A stretch of 64,000 nt of DNA from Terriglobia bacterium (GCA_965223005.1 CBDCVK010000010.1:320001-384000); one strand, 5' to 3'; counted from the first letter of the stretch, positions 18,388 through 28,320 are shown. Made by a program: numbers and translations. The notes: generated by a model from the sequence alone, not told the origin.

Positions 18388-19650
18388 CTAAACTTTAGAG
18401 GCGCGCCACTCCGGGATAGGCACCCCCGGCTCACTCCCAGCCTCAACTGTCTTTTCGGCACGCGGCAAATAGATCGTGAATGCCGTACCTCGACCCAGTT
18501 CGCTGTCAGCCCAGATATAACCGCCCGTCTGTTTGACAGCCCCGTAGACGGCCGCCAGGGAAAGCCCAGCCCCTTTACCTTTTTCCTTGATAAGGAGAAA
18601 AGGCTCGAAGATGTGGGCCAGTGTCTCTTCGTCCATACCGAGCCCGCTGTCGCGTGCGACGAGCATGACATACGAGCCTGGTCGGGCACCGGGGTGCCGC
18701 TGGGCATAGTCCTCGTCCAGTTCGATGTTTGCTGTTTCGAAGGTGAGTTTGCCACCCTGGGGCATGCTGTCGCGAGCGTTGAGCGTCAGGTTCAGAACGA
18801 CTTGCTCGGTCTGCCCCCGGTCGCCTTTCACCCGTCCCAATGCCGCCCCTGGTTTGATCACCATCTCAATCTGGTCGCCGACCAGTCGCCGCAGCATCGT
18901 CTCCATCCCTGCGCTCAGACTGTTTAGATCGAGCAGCTCCAGCGTCTGCACGTGTCTGCGGAAAGCCAGCAGCTGCCGGGCCAGTGAGTTCGCCCGCTCG
19001 TTCGCCTGTTGGATTTGCTCGACGTACTCCCGCACTGGATCGTCCGCGCCGATCTGGTCCAGCGCCAGCTCGCTGTAACCTTTGATGAGCCCCAGCAAGT
19101 GGTTGAAGTCATGAGCCACTTTGCCGGCCAGACGTTCTAGCGCATCGATGTTCTGCATCTGGCTCATCTCCGCCTGCGCTTGCTGGATCGCCTTCTTGGC
19201 CTTGCCCGTGCGCTTATCCGAAAGAAGGTGCTGTTCGACACGTTCGAGGAGCTGATCGGGGGCCTCGCTGGGTTGATATGCCGTCCATCCGGCCGCAAAG
19301 GTAATCGGAATCTTCTCTCCGGCGGAGTCCATTTCCAACCCATCCAGGCGGGCTACCATGTGAGGCACCCGTGAGGGGATAGATTCAGTCAACAGCACCA
19401 GAAATTCATCGGCGCCCATGCGTACCGCCACGTCGGAACTGCGGATCGACTTTTTCAGGCGATCCGCAAATTCCTTGAGCACCATGTCGCCAGTAGGCTG
19501 GCCATAGTGGCTGTTGATCTGTTTGAAATTGTTGAGGTCGAGCATCAGCAAGTTCACCGGGTAGCCGTGCCGTTGAGAGCGTGCCAACTCAGTCGTCAGG
19601 TGTTGCTCCAGGAATTGGCGGTTGTAGAGGCCGGTGAGCGAGTCGAGCAT
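18388..19650 (-). CDS. Degenerate GGDEF (GADEF) fused to a HisKA/HATPase histidine kinase; 5' end apparently damaged
   Basis: DSLTGLYNR, RSSD, GADEF; AHDFNHLL H-box, LNARDSM N-box, DSGLGM G1. Confidence 0.8.
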   Translation of the reverse strand: MLDSLTGLYNRQFLEQHLTTELARSQRHGYPVNLLMLDLNNFKQINSHYGQPTGDMVLKEFADRLKKSIRSSDVAVRMGADEFLVLLTESIPSRVPHMVARLDGLEMDSAGEKIPITFAAGWTAYQPSEAPDQLLERVEQHLLSDKRTGKAKKAIQQAQAEMSQMQNIDALERLAGKVAHDFNHLLGLIKGYSELALDQIGADDPVREYVEQIQQANERANSLARQLLAFRRHVQTLELLDLNSLSAGMETMLRRLVGDQIEMVIKPGAALGRVKGDRGQTEQVVLNLTLNARDSMPQGGKLTFETANIELDEDYAQRHPGARPGSYVMLVARDSGLGMDEETLAHIFEPFLLIKEKGKGAGLSLAAVYGAVKQTGGYIWADSELGRGTAFTIYLPRAEKTVEAGSEPGVPIPEWRASKV

Positions 19651-20005
19651 GGCCAGCTAGCGCAACTCCTCCGTCGAAATTGCAGCATCCCAAGGATCGC
19701 ATTCAGCCAGAGCCACCCGTCTCGTCGTTCGAGTCGCTGTATCCTTACCTGAATCTCGCGCATACCTTTGCTACCGTGGCCCCCCGTAACGAACTGCCCG
19801 TAACGAAGTGAAAGATAGACAGATTATAGCAGGCTTCGAATCCGGCTTCACAAAGACACCCTTGCCAGACAACCCAGACGCTCGCGACCTTCGTTTTTAT
19901 TGGATGTCGAAACCTCGGTTGCCTCTCAAGGCCTCTCTAGGGCCGCGGTGAAGATTCAAGCAAGACCGACCACGCCAGGGTCCGCTCTTAGGGGGGAGGC
20001 GGTTT

Positions 20006-20971
20006 TCATCCCTGCATGTCTCCGGGTGCCTCCGCGACCATCTTTCGAAATTCGTTAAAGACATGTGGATCCCACCAGCCTTTTTCGACCTCCTCCACCA
20101 TCGTCGTCAACGCTTCCTCCACCGACAAAGGGCGTTTGTAGGGCCGCTCAGTGGTCAGCGCGTCGTACACATCCGCAATTTGCAGCACCCGCGCTGTCAT
20201 GGGAATCTGCTCACCTTTGAGCCCGTCCGGATAGCCCGACCCGTTGAACCGTTCGTGGTGATGACGGATGATGGGCACTGCCAATCGAAACGACTTCAGT
20301 GGTGCGCAGATGCGCTCACCGATCACTGTATGTTGGCGCATAACCGCCCACTCGTCCGATGTCAGCGGGCCCGGTTTGAGCAGAATGGCATCGGGCACGG
20401 CCACCTTGCCAACGTCGTGCACGATGCCGGCCCGTCGTAAAGCGGTGATCTCGTCGGGCGGCAACCCGACGCGCTCGCCCAAGCGGGACGAGTAGTCTGA
20501 CAACCGCTCGCAGTGGCCTTCAGTGTAAGGGTCTTTGCCTTCAATGCTGCGAGCCAGGGCAAACAAAACCGACTCGGCGCGCTCCAACTCATCGGTGTAT
20601 CCCTTCAGGGCGAGCAGGGAGCGGACCCGTGCGAGAAGCTCGTTGCGATCCACTGGCTTGCTCAAGAATTCGTTGGCGCCAGCCTCAATACCTTGAATAC
20701 GGTCTTCGGTGGCCGCAAGCCCGGTGACCAACACCACCGGCGTCAATCGGGTCTCGGGGTTCTGTTTGAGGTGTCGGCAGACCTCGAAACCGCCCATGCG
20801 CGGCATTTGTACGTCCAGCAACACCAAGTCGGGTCCGCGACGCGCGAACTCTTCCAGCGCTTCGTGGCCGTCGCCGGCGGTGATTATCTCGAATCCCTGT
20901 GGCCGCAGCAGTCCAGCCAGAAGGTTGCGAAAGGCTGGGTCGTCATCAACGATCAGGATAGTTGGAATCAC
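20006..20971 (-). CDS. REC + HD-GYP c-di-GMP phosphodiesterase (RpfG-like)
   Basis: ILIVDDD, LLDVQMP; HDVGK, HHHERFNGSGYPDGL, DVYDAL. Start uncertain (GTG 20971 or 21022). Confidence 0.93.
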   Translation of the reverse strand: MIPTILIVDDDPAFRNLLAGLLRPQGFEIITAGDGHEALEEFARRGPDLVLLDVQMPRMGGFEVCRHLKQNPETRLTPVVLVTGLAATEDRIQGIEAGANEFLSKPVDRNELLARVRSLLALKGYTDELERAESVLFALARSIEGKDPYTEGHCERLSDYSSRLGERVGLPPDEITALRRAGIVHDVGKVAVPDAILLKPGPLTSDEWAVMRQHTVIGERICAPLKSFRLAVPIIRHHHERFNGSGYPDGLKGEQIPMTARVLQIADVYDALTTERPYKRPLSVEEALTTMVEEVEKGWWDPHVFNEFRKMVAEAPGDMQG

Positions 20972-21243
20972 GCTCTGTTCCCTTTTCCCGAGAAAATCCC
21001 CCAGACCCAGCTGCTCCACCACCGGAAAAGCTGCACCCGGTAGCGCGGCAACGGCCGACTGCGCTACCCGTAGGTTTCTTCAATGGCCTCCACAAGAAGC
21101 GCCCGCGAGCATCATAGGTGCAGACAGCGCTGCCGCCAGCCTGCGGCTTACGCACGCCATTTTACCCTGCGCAGCACAAGTCAGCCAACAATGTAGCCCA
21201 ATCCGCTGCCCAGATGATGCTGGGGTTCCTTTGTAGTCAGCAC

Positions 21244-21333
21244 CAAATCTACGACATCGTGTTCGAGGCGCCGGGCTTCGATGGCGAGAAGCTAGTGAAC
21301 CCCGCCTATGTTACGGTGTTCCACAACGGTGTG
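21244..21333 (+). pseudogene. Fragment of a DUF1080 (3-keto-disaccharide hydrolase-like) gene
   Basis: [30 protein letters not shown] matches the recalled WQTYDIxFxAPRF...PAxxTVxHNGV family motif; no start codon or C-terminus. Confidence 0.7.
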
Positions 21334-21389
21334 CCTGGGGCGTGACGAACCGTGAGACCGAAAGCGTGGGTGCGGCGGGCTTCTCGCTA

Positions 21390-22076
21390 CTAGCGGGCTG
21401 GGGGGGCGTTCTTCTTTTGGTTGAAAGTGCGGATAACGCGCGACACGTAGTTGCGTGTTTCCCGATAGGGAGGGATTCCTTTATAGGCTTCCACCTTTCC
21501 CGGTCCGGCATTGTAGGCGGCCAGGGCCAGGGCCAGGTCGTGGTTGTACAGGTCAAGCAACTGGCGCAGGTAGCGCGTGCCGGCCTCCACATTTTGCGCG
21601 GCATCGAATACGTCGTGGACGCGCAGCGCGCGCGCCGTCTCGGGCATCAACTGCATCAGGCCGCTCGCCCCTTTCGGTGAGACCGCCAGCGGGTTGCCGG
21701 CCGATTCAACGTGAATCACGCTCTCGATCAGGTCGGGATCCAGACCGTGGGCCTCGCCTGCGCTCCGAACCAACTGCCGCAGGTCACCGTCCTCGGGTTC
21801 GCCAAGCCCCGCGGCCGCAGGGGACGCAACCCCCGGGACGCGTTCATCAGCTTCGAAGCGCTGGATGTCACCTGCACGAACTTCTACGACCCCGCCGCCG
21901 ACCAGGAACAGGCGCGTCACCGCTCCGCTCCGCTCGTAGCGCTCGATTTCGAGGCGGAACCCGGTCTTGAAAACCGCGTACTCGGCCGCCGGCAGGTGAG
22001 CGGCAGTCAATAGGACAAGAAGCGGCAGCCACCGCCCCGCCTGCTGCATCACGCGTCTCAATCTCGAACTCCGCAT
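21390..22076 (-). CDS. Soluble lytic transglycosylase (SLT domain), exported
   Basis: VIHVES, SPKGASGLMQLMP, AAYNAG; signal peptide. Confidence 0.93.
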   Translation of the reverse strand: MRSSRLRRVMQQAGRWLPLLVLLTAAHLPAAEYAVFKTGFRLEIERYERSGAVTRLFLVGGGVVEVRAGDIQRFEADERVPGVASPAAAGLGEPEDGDLRQLVRSAGEAHGLDPDLIESVIHVESAGNPLAVSPKGASGLMQLMPETARALRVHDVFDAAQNVEAGTRYLRQLLDLYNHDLALALAAYNAGPGKVEAYKGIPPYRETRNYVSRVIRTFNQKKNAPPAR

Positions 22077-22089
22077 TTTGCGCCCTGCA

Positions 22090-22947
22090 CTAGGCTAAGA
22101 TCCAACGCTCGACGGCATCGGCCACACCTGCCTGGTTGCAGTGGGCCGTGACCTGCCAGCCGTTGGACTTCAGTTCAGCCACGGCGTTGTCCATGACCAC
22201 GGGCCGCCCGGCGAATTCCAGCATCTCGCGGTCGTTGAAGTTGTCCCCGATGGCCATCACCTCCTCGCGGCGGCAACCCTGGCGTTGGGCCCAGGCCTGC
22301 ACCGCATGGCCCTTTGAGCAGCGGCGATTGATGACATCCAAGATACTCAAATCCTTGGTCACGTACTCGGTTTTCAGCAGGCGGAACTCGGCACGGAAGG
22401 GGGAGTCGAGCAGCCTGCTTTCGATCTGGCGCAATACCTCGACAGGCCCGGTGTACATGACCTGCAGGGGCTCCTCGGGCGCCCGAGCCTGCAGCGTTTC
22501 CTCCAGCGAGGCGAAGCTGACAAACTGGGGGTTGCGCTCCAGCCAAGCCAGGAAGGTGGGCGTTCGCTTCTCCAGCCGTTCCAGCACAAGTTGCCCGGGA
22601 CCGTCCACATCGTAAGCCAGCAGCGTGTAGTCACGCCAGCGCTGCGTCCATTCCAGCGCCCGTGCCGCCGTCTCCCTGGCGAGCAGGTCGCGGTAGTAGG
22701 ACTGGCCGCTGCGCGACTTTACCAGGGCGCCGTTACTGGTGATCATCACCAACTCGAACGGGAGCAATTGCGCCACGGGAAGCGCGAAGGCGAACCGCCG
22801 CCCGGTCACCAACACCACCTCCACGCCGGCGTTATGGGCCGCCTCCAGTGCCGACGCGTTACGCGGCGGCAACTGCGAGTGGGTGTCCAGCAGCGTGCCG
22901 TCAATATCTATCGCCAGCAGACGAATGGCGGGCTGCATCACTTCCAT
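22090..22947 (-). CDS. Cof-type HAD-IIB hydrolase
   Basis: DIDGTLL, TGR, SKG, GDNFND. Confidence 0.92.
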   Translation of the reverse strand: MEVMQPAIRLLAIDIDGTLLDTHSQLPPRNASALEAAHNAGVEVVLVTGRRFAFALPVAQLLPFELVMITSNGALVKSRSGQSYYRDLLARETAARALEWTQRWRDYTLLAYDVDGPGQLVLERLEKRTPTFLAWLERNPQFVSFASLEETLQARAPEEPLQVMYTGPVEVLRQIESRLLDSPFRAEFRLLKTEYVTKDLSILDVINRRCSKGHAVQAWAQRQGCRREEVMAIGDNFNDREMLEFAGRPVVMDNAVAELKSNGWQVTAHCNQAGVADAVERWILA

Positions 22948-23190
22948 GCTAACACGCCAGGTCCATGCTCGCACGCCCGGGGCTGGATGCGGTTGTGGGA
23001 AGAGGCTTACAATGCTTTCCATGTCGCGCCCGATTCTTGTGGATCTCAGCCATGCCGTCGAAGGCAGTCAGTATCCGGAGCTGCCGGCCCCGTACCATCG
23101 CTATGAAGAGGGGACGGATTTGGCCGCCCTGCCGTTGGAAAAAATTGCGTGCCAATATGCGTGCCAATTCATATGCGTGATAGTCTCCGG

Positions 23191-23220
23191 CTCCCCATGA
23201 CTCCCCATGACTCCCCATGA
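23191..23220 (+). repeat. Perfect (ctccccatga)x3 tandem repeat overlapping the thrC start
   Basis: Seen directly in the sequence. Confidence 0.95.
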
Positions 23221-24447
23221 CCGACGTCACTCATCTGGAATGCTGGCGCTGCCAGCGAGGGTTTGAGGCGGACAGGCCGCATACCCTGTGTCCTTGCGGC
23301 GGGCCGCTGTTGGTACGCTACGACCTGCGTTCGGTGGCTGGCCACCAAACCCGCGAGTCGCTGGCCGAGGGTCCAGCCAACATGTGGCGCTATCGCGCGT
23401 TGCTTCCCTGCAAGCGAGAAGATTCGGTGGTGACACTGGGCGAGGGGTTCACCCCGCTGTTGCGCGCTCGCCGACTGGGCCGGCTCTGCGGCGCGTCCCG
23501 TCTGTTCATCAAAGACGAGGGGCAAAACCCCACCGGCTCCTTCAAAGCGCGCGGGCTTTCCTGCGCGGTTTCGATGGCGCGCGAACTTGGGCTGACGCGG
23601 CTAGCCATGCCCTCGGCGGGCAACGCGGCTTCTGCCATGGCCGCCTACGCCGCCGCCGCAGGCCTGGAAGCGCATGTCTTCCTGCCCGCGGACGCCCCTC
23701 GCGCCAACGTGGTGGAATGTCGCACCTACGGTGCCCGGGTCACGCTGGTCCCCGGACTGGTCAGTGATTGCGCGCGCCTCGTCACTGAGCGTGCGCCACA
23801 GGAAAACTGGTTCGACGTCTCCGCCATGAAGGAGCCCTATCGGGTGGAAGGAAAGAAAACCATGGGCTACGAGCTAGCCGAGCAGCTCGGCTGGACGCTG
23901 CCCGATGTCATTGTGTATCCCACCGGCGGTGGAGTTGGACTGATCGGCATGTGGAAAGCCTTCGAGGAAATGGAGCAGGTGAGCTGGATCGAAGGCTCAG
24001 CGCGCCCCAAGATGGATGATTGTGGTGCAGGCGGCGGGATGCCAACCCCTGGTGCACGCTTTCGAACAAGGCGCTAACCACGCGCAGTTCTTTGAAGGCG
24101 CCCACACGCTGGCGGCCGGGCTGCGCGTCCCCAAGCCGCTGGCCGACTCCCTCATCCTGGAGATTGTCCGGGCCAGCCACGGCAGCTGTGTCAGCGTCAA
24201 TGATGAGGAGATCCTGGAAGGGGTGCGTGAGATCAGTTCCACCGAGGGTATCCTGCCCGCCCCGGAAGGGGCCGCCTGTCTCCCTGCATACCGCAAGTTG
24301 CTCGCCTCGGGGTTCCTGACGCCTGAAGACTCGGTGGTGCTGTTCAACACCGGCTCGGGACTGAAATATCTGGATGTGCTTGAACGCGCAGCAGAAATTC
24401 CCAGAGGGTCCGAGGCCAACATCGGCGGCTTGATTACCCCCTTTTGA
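23217..24447 (+). pseudogene. thrC: Threonine synthase, frameshifted by a 4-bp duplication (gatg) at 24011-24018
   Basis: NPTGSFKARG PLP-Lys motif, SAGNA, EGKKTM, PTGGGVG. Removing 4 bp restores RPKMIVVQAAGC. Confidence 0.85.
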
Positions 24448-24610
24448 ATTCAACTGTTAAGGATTGAGCCATTGACCATTGGCTGGGCGCTCGCCCGTGT
24501 CGCCTATCCCTCTTCTTGCATGATGAGCCTATGCAGATTCATCCCCACGATTTCCAATGCGCACTGTAGCGGGAACAGCAGAAACCACCTTGCGGTGCTA
24601 GAATCGCCGG

Positions 24611-25801
24611 GTGAGCGAGCGGCTCTACTACCACGATTCGTTTCTCAGGACGTTTGAGGCGCGGGTGGTTCGCCTCGACCCAGAAGGCGTGGTGCTGGAC
24701 CGTACGGCCTTTTACCCCACCGGAGGCGGCCAGCCGCATGACACCGGGATGCTGGGTGGCGCGCCGGTGGTTGAGGTTCTGGAGAACCAGCGGGGCGAGA
24801 TTTTACATCGGCTCGAAGGAGCGGTGCAGGGCCAGGTCGGCGAGACGGTACATGGGGAAATTGACTGGCCCCGCCGCGCGGATCACATCCAGCAGCATTC
24901 AGGCCAGCACCTGCTGTCGGCGGTCTTCGTGCGTCGTTTCGAGTTCCCCACAGTGAGCTTCCACCTGGGTGCTGAGATGTCAACGATTGACCTGGGCACC
25001 GCGGCGGTCTCACCCGAACAGGTGCGGCAGGCCGAGGAGGTGGCAAACGAAGTCGTGTTCGAAGACCGCTCGCTGCGCGTCTGGTTCGCCACCCCGGACG
25101 AGGCCAAGGCCCTGCCGTTGCGCAAGGACGTGGCCCGCGAAGGCGAGCTGCGGCTGGTGGAGATTCCCGAGCTCGACCTGACCGCCTGCGGTGGTACGCA
25201 CGTTGCGCGCACCGGGCAAATCGGTGCGGTGCTCGTGCGAAAAGTGGAAAAATGCAAGCAGGGAGTGCGGGTGGAATTTGTATGTGGGCGGCGCGCCGTT
25301 CGCGTGGCCAGGCTGGACTACACGGCGCTGGCGGAAGCCGCCAACATCCTCACCACCCACCCGCATCAAGTAGCCGCGCTGGTGGACAGGCAGCTCCATG
25401 CTCTCAAGGCAGCCGACAAGGAACGGCAGAAGTTGCTGGAAACGCTGGCGGGCTATGAGGCACGTCAGATGTATGCTGAGGCGCAGGAGTCCAATGGCGT
25501 CCGTCAACTGGTGAAGTTGTTCGATGCGGGCGATCCCGGCTACGTTCGCTGGCTCGCCAGCCGGTTTGCCGCGCAGGGCGGCACGGGGCAGGGAGCGCGG
25601 GCCTTGTTCGCCCTACGGCAACCACCTACGCTGGTGTTGGCCCAGTCGCCCGGGCTGGCGGCGAACCTGGGCGCGTTAGTGAAGGAGCTGGCGGGGAAGT
25701 ACGGGCTGCGGGGCGGCGGTTCAAGGGATGCAGCGCAGGCGGGTGCAGCCGACGCAGCCTCGGTGGAGCGCGCGTTGGAAGCCATCCGTCGCCAGGTGTG
25801 A
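24611..25801 (+). CDS. Alanyl-tRNA editing protein, AlaX-L type with DHHA1 domain
   Basis: TAFYPTGGGQPHDTG, QHSGQH, CGGTH, GGG..AQAG. Confidence 0.9.
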   Translation: MSERLYYHDSFLRTFEARVVRLDPEGVVLDRTAFYPTGGGQPHDTGMLGGAPVVEVLENQRGEILHRLEGAVQGQVGETVHGEIDWPRRADHIQQHSGQHLLSAVFVRRFEFPTVSFHLGAEMSTIDLGTAAVSPEQVRQAEEVANEVVFEDRSLRVWFATPDEAKALPLRKDVAREGELRLVEIPELDLTACGGTHVARTGQIGAVLVRKVEKCKQGVRVEFVCGRRAVRVARLDYTALAEAANILTTHPHQVAALVDRQLHALKAADKERQKLLETLAGYEARQMYAEAQESNGVRQLVKLFDAGDPGYVRWLASRFAAQGGTGQGARALFALRQPPTLVLAQSPGLAANLGALVKELAGKYGLRGGGSRDAAQAGAADAASVERALEAIRRQV

Positions 25802-25805
25802 ACCT

Positions 25806-27482
25806 ATGCCAGAGCAAACCACCGCAGAGGCGTTGTTGGCCTGCTTACAGGCCGCCCGCGTTCCGCGCGTGTACGGCTTGATTGGCACCTCGATCATGCC
25901 GTTGTACAAGGAGCTGGAGCGGGTCAGCGGCCAGATTCGCTACATCTCGGCACGCCATGAATTAGTCGCCGCGACCATGGCCGATGCGGAGGGGCGCCTG
26001 ACCCAACGTCCCGGAATTGTGCTGTTGCACGCCGGGGCGGGCGTGTTGAATGGCGCCTTAGGCCTGGCGATTGCTGCCAAGGATTGTTCGCCTCTGCTGG
26101 CCATTGTGGGGGGCGCGCGGCGCTCCATGGTCGGGATGGGCGGGGCTCTGGAAGTGGACCAGGCGAGCGCGTTGACACCGTATGTGAAGGCTTTCTTCCG
26201 CTTGGGGCAGCCCGCCGATGTTCCCGATACCTTTGTTCAGGCCTGGACGGCGGCGGCCACTGCGCCTGCCGGCCCGGTGGTGCTGGAGGTCCCCGAGGAC
26301 CTGTGGGATCAGGCCGGGCGGGTGCCACTCGAAAACTTGCCAAAGGAGATGGAAGTTCCCCGCCTTCCCGCACCTGGCGATCTGGCCGGCGTGGTCGACC
26401 AGTTGCGCCAGTCCCAGCGCCCGCTGCTGCTGGCCGGAGGGGGCGTTCAGCACGCGGCCCCACTGGTTCTGAAGCTGGTGGAGTCGGCGCGCCTGCCGCT
26501 GATCACCACCGGCAACGGCCGAGGAGTGATTCCCGAGGATCACCACCTCTGCTTTGGACGAGCCGGATATGCGGGCAGCAGCGCCGCCGACTACGCGCTG
26601 ACCCAGGCCGATTGTCTGCTGTGTGTGGGCTGCGGGCTTTCCGACGTGCTCACTTACTTCTACGCTCGCCTGCCGGCGGGGCGTGTCGTCATGATTAATG
26701 CGGATGGCGCTTATCTGCAGCGTCTGGCGGAACGCTTCCCGCAGGCAACGATGCTGGAGGCGGACGCGGGCGCGGCCATCGAACAGTTGCTGGCTGCCGG
26801 GCTGCGAGGGCTTTGCGACGATGCCTGGTGGGGGCGGTTGGAAACGGCTCGCACCGAATGGCAGACCATCCTGCAGCGCTGCGCCTTCCCCGCCGAGCCA
26901 ATGCCGGCCACCTACGCCCTATCGCGCCTGGCGCCCCTGCTGCCGCGCAACACCATCGTGATCTGCGGCACCGGCTTGCACCAGATACCGGTCAACGCCA
27001 CGCTTCCCTGTTACGGTCCTCGCCAGTACCTCTCGGCGTGCAACTTCGGGGCCATGGGATTTGCCTTTGGCGCGGCCATAGCAACCCGCCTGGTTTCCCC
27101 CGAGCGACGCGTCGTGTGTGCCGTGGGCGATGGCGATTTCATGATGACCTCAGGTGACCTGGAGACCGCGGCGCGCGAAGACGCCATGCCCCTGACCGTG
27201 GTCCTGAACGATGGTGGCTACGGCACCCTGCGCTTGAACAGCAGCCTGCGCGGGTTCCGCTACGGCGCAGACCACGGCAATCCTGACTTCGTGGCGCTGG
27301 CGGCTGCCTACGGCCTCCGCGGCGCCCGCGCCAGCCATCCCGGCCAAGTGGACACCCTGTTCAACCGGGCCCTGGAGCCCGGCGGCCCGCAACTGCTGGA
27401 ACTTGTGATTAGCCCCAAGGAACAGCCGCCGGCTAACTGGGCTGCCATCTTCGCCATGCTGGGAGCCAGTCCGCAACGGTGA
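25806..27482 (+). CDS. Thiamine-diphosphate-dependent enzyme (acetolactate synthase-like family)
   Basis: ARHE, GPVVLEVPED, GAMGF, GDGDF...LNDGGYG. Confidence 0.9.
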   Translation: MPEQTTAEALLACLQAARVPRVYGLIGTSIMPLYKELERVSGQIRYISARHELVAATMADAEGRLTQRPGIVLLHAGAGVLNGALGLAIAAKDCSPLLAIVGGARRSMVGMGGALEVDQASALTPYVKAFFRLGQPADVPDTFVQAWTAAATAPAGPVVLEVPEDLWDQAGRVPLENLPKEMEVPRLPAPGDLAGVVDQLRQSQRPLLLAGGGVQHAAPLVLKLVESARLPLITTGNGRGVIPEDHHLCFGRAGYAGSSAADYALTQADCLLCVGCGLSDVLTYFYARLPAGRVVMINADGAYLQRLAERFPQATMLEADAGAAIEQLLAAGLRGLCDDAWWGRLETARTEWQTILQRCAFPAEPMPATYALSRLAPLLPRNTIVICGTGLHQIPVNATLPCYGPRQYLSACNFGAMGFAFGAAIATRLVSPERRVVCAVGDGDFMMTSGDLETAAREDAMPLTVVLNDGGYGTLRLNSSLRGFRYGADHGNPDFVALAAAYGLRGARASHPGQVDTLFNRALEPGGPQLLELVISPKEQPPANWAAIFAMLGASPQR

Positions 27483-27546
27483 GCTGACAAGTGAACTGCC
27501 TGGCCCTGTTCCCGAACGTGGCAACCGCGCCGCGAACAAAACACAA

Positions 27547-28317
27547 TCATTCGCGGCAGATGCCGCGCCGGGAAGCGCGGACGAAGGCCGCTAGGTGGCG
27601 GGCCTCCTCGCCCGGGACTTCCTCCTCGATTCGCTTCAGCGCATCGGCAAGCGGCAACTGGGAGCGGTACAGCAACCGGTAGGCGTCTTTCAGCCGCCCG
27701 ATGGATTCCTTGGACAAGCCGTTGCGCCGCAGTCCCACCAGGTTCAGCCCGCGCGCCACGATGTGAAACTCCGCGACCAGGATAAACGGCGGCACGTCCA
27801 GGGTGACGCGCGTGTTGCCGCTGATCATGGACATCCGCCCGATGCGGGAGTACTGGTGCACCGCTACCGCGCCCGAGATGAAGCAGTGGTCCTCAATTTC
27901 GGTGTAGCCGGCGATCAACGCGCAGGAGCAGATGGTGTTGTGGTCGCCCACCGTGCAGTTGTGGGCGATGTGCACGCTGGTCATGACGTAGTTGTCGTTG
28001 CCGATACGGGTGACGGAGCCCGCTTCGGTGCCGCGCGAGATCGTGAGATATTCCCGAAGGATGTTGCGGTCGCCGATGCGCAGGTAGCTGGGCTGGCTGG
28101 CGTCGAATTTCTTATCCAGCGGGTCGGTGCCCAGTTGTGCCCCGGAGTAGAGGTGATTGTCCTTGCCCAGCGTGGTATAGCGTTTAACGATGGCGAAGGG
28201 GTCCAGGCGCGTCCCACGGCCAATTTCCACCTCATCCTCGACGATGCAGTAGTCCCCGATGCTGGCCTCAGGATGTACCCGCGCTCCAGGGTGCACAATA
28301 GCAGTGGCGGCAATCAT
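27547..28317 (-). CDS. lpxA: UDP-GlcNAc acyltransferase LpxA paralog (second, divergent copy)
   Basis: Hexapeptide repeats; REYLTISRGT, HIAHNC, VHQY, GLNLVGLRRNG, RGI. Confidence 0.85.
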   Translation of the reverse strand: MIAATAIVHPGARVHPEASIGDYCIVEDEVEIGRGTRLDPFAIVKRYTTLGKDNHLYSGAQLGTDPLDKKFDASQPSYLRIGDRNILREYLTISRGTEAGSVTRIGNDNYVMTSVHIAHNCTVGDHNTICSCALIAGYTEIEDHCFISGAVAVHQYSRIGRMSMISGNTRVTLDVPPFILVAEFHIVARGLNLVGLRRNGLSKESIGRLKDAYRLLYRSQLPLADALKRIEEEVPGEEARHLAAFVRASRRGICRE

Positions 28318-28320
28318 CAG

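Noticed and set aside
19657-19659. In-frame TAG as pyrrolysine or programmed readthrough
   Set aside because: No pyl genes in the window, and the upstream region is also frameshifted or deleted, so decay is the simpler explanation.
23146-23170. Sigma54 promoter (minus strand TGGCAC-N5-TTGG)
   Set aside because: The conserved -12 GC is missing; better explained as a tandem duplication.
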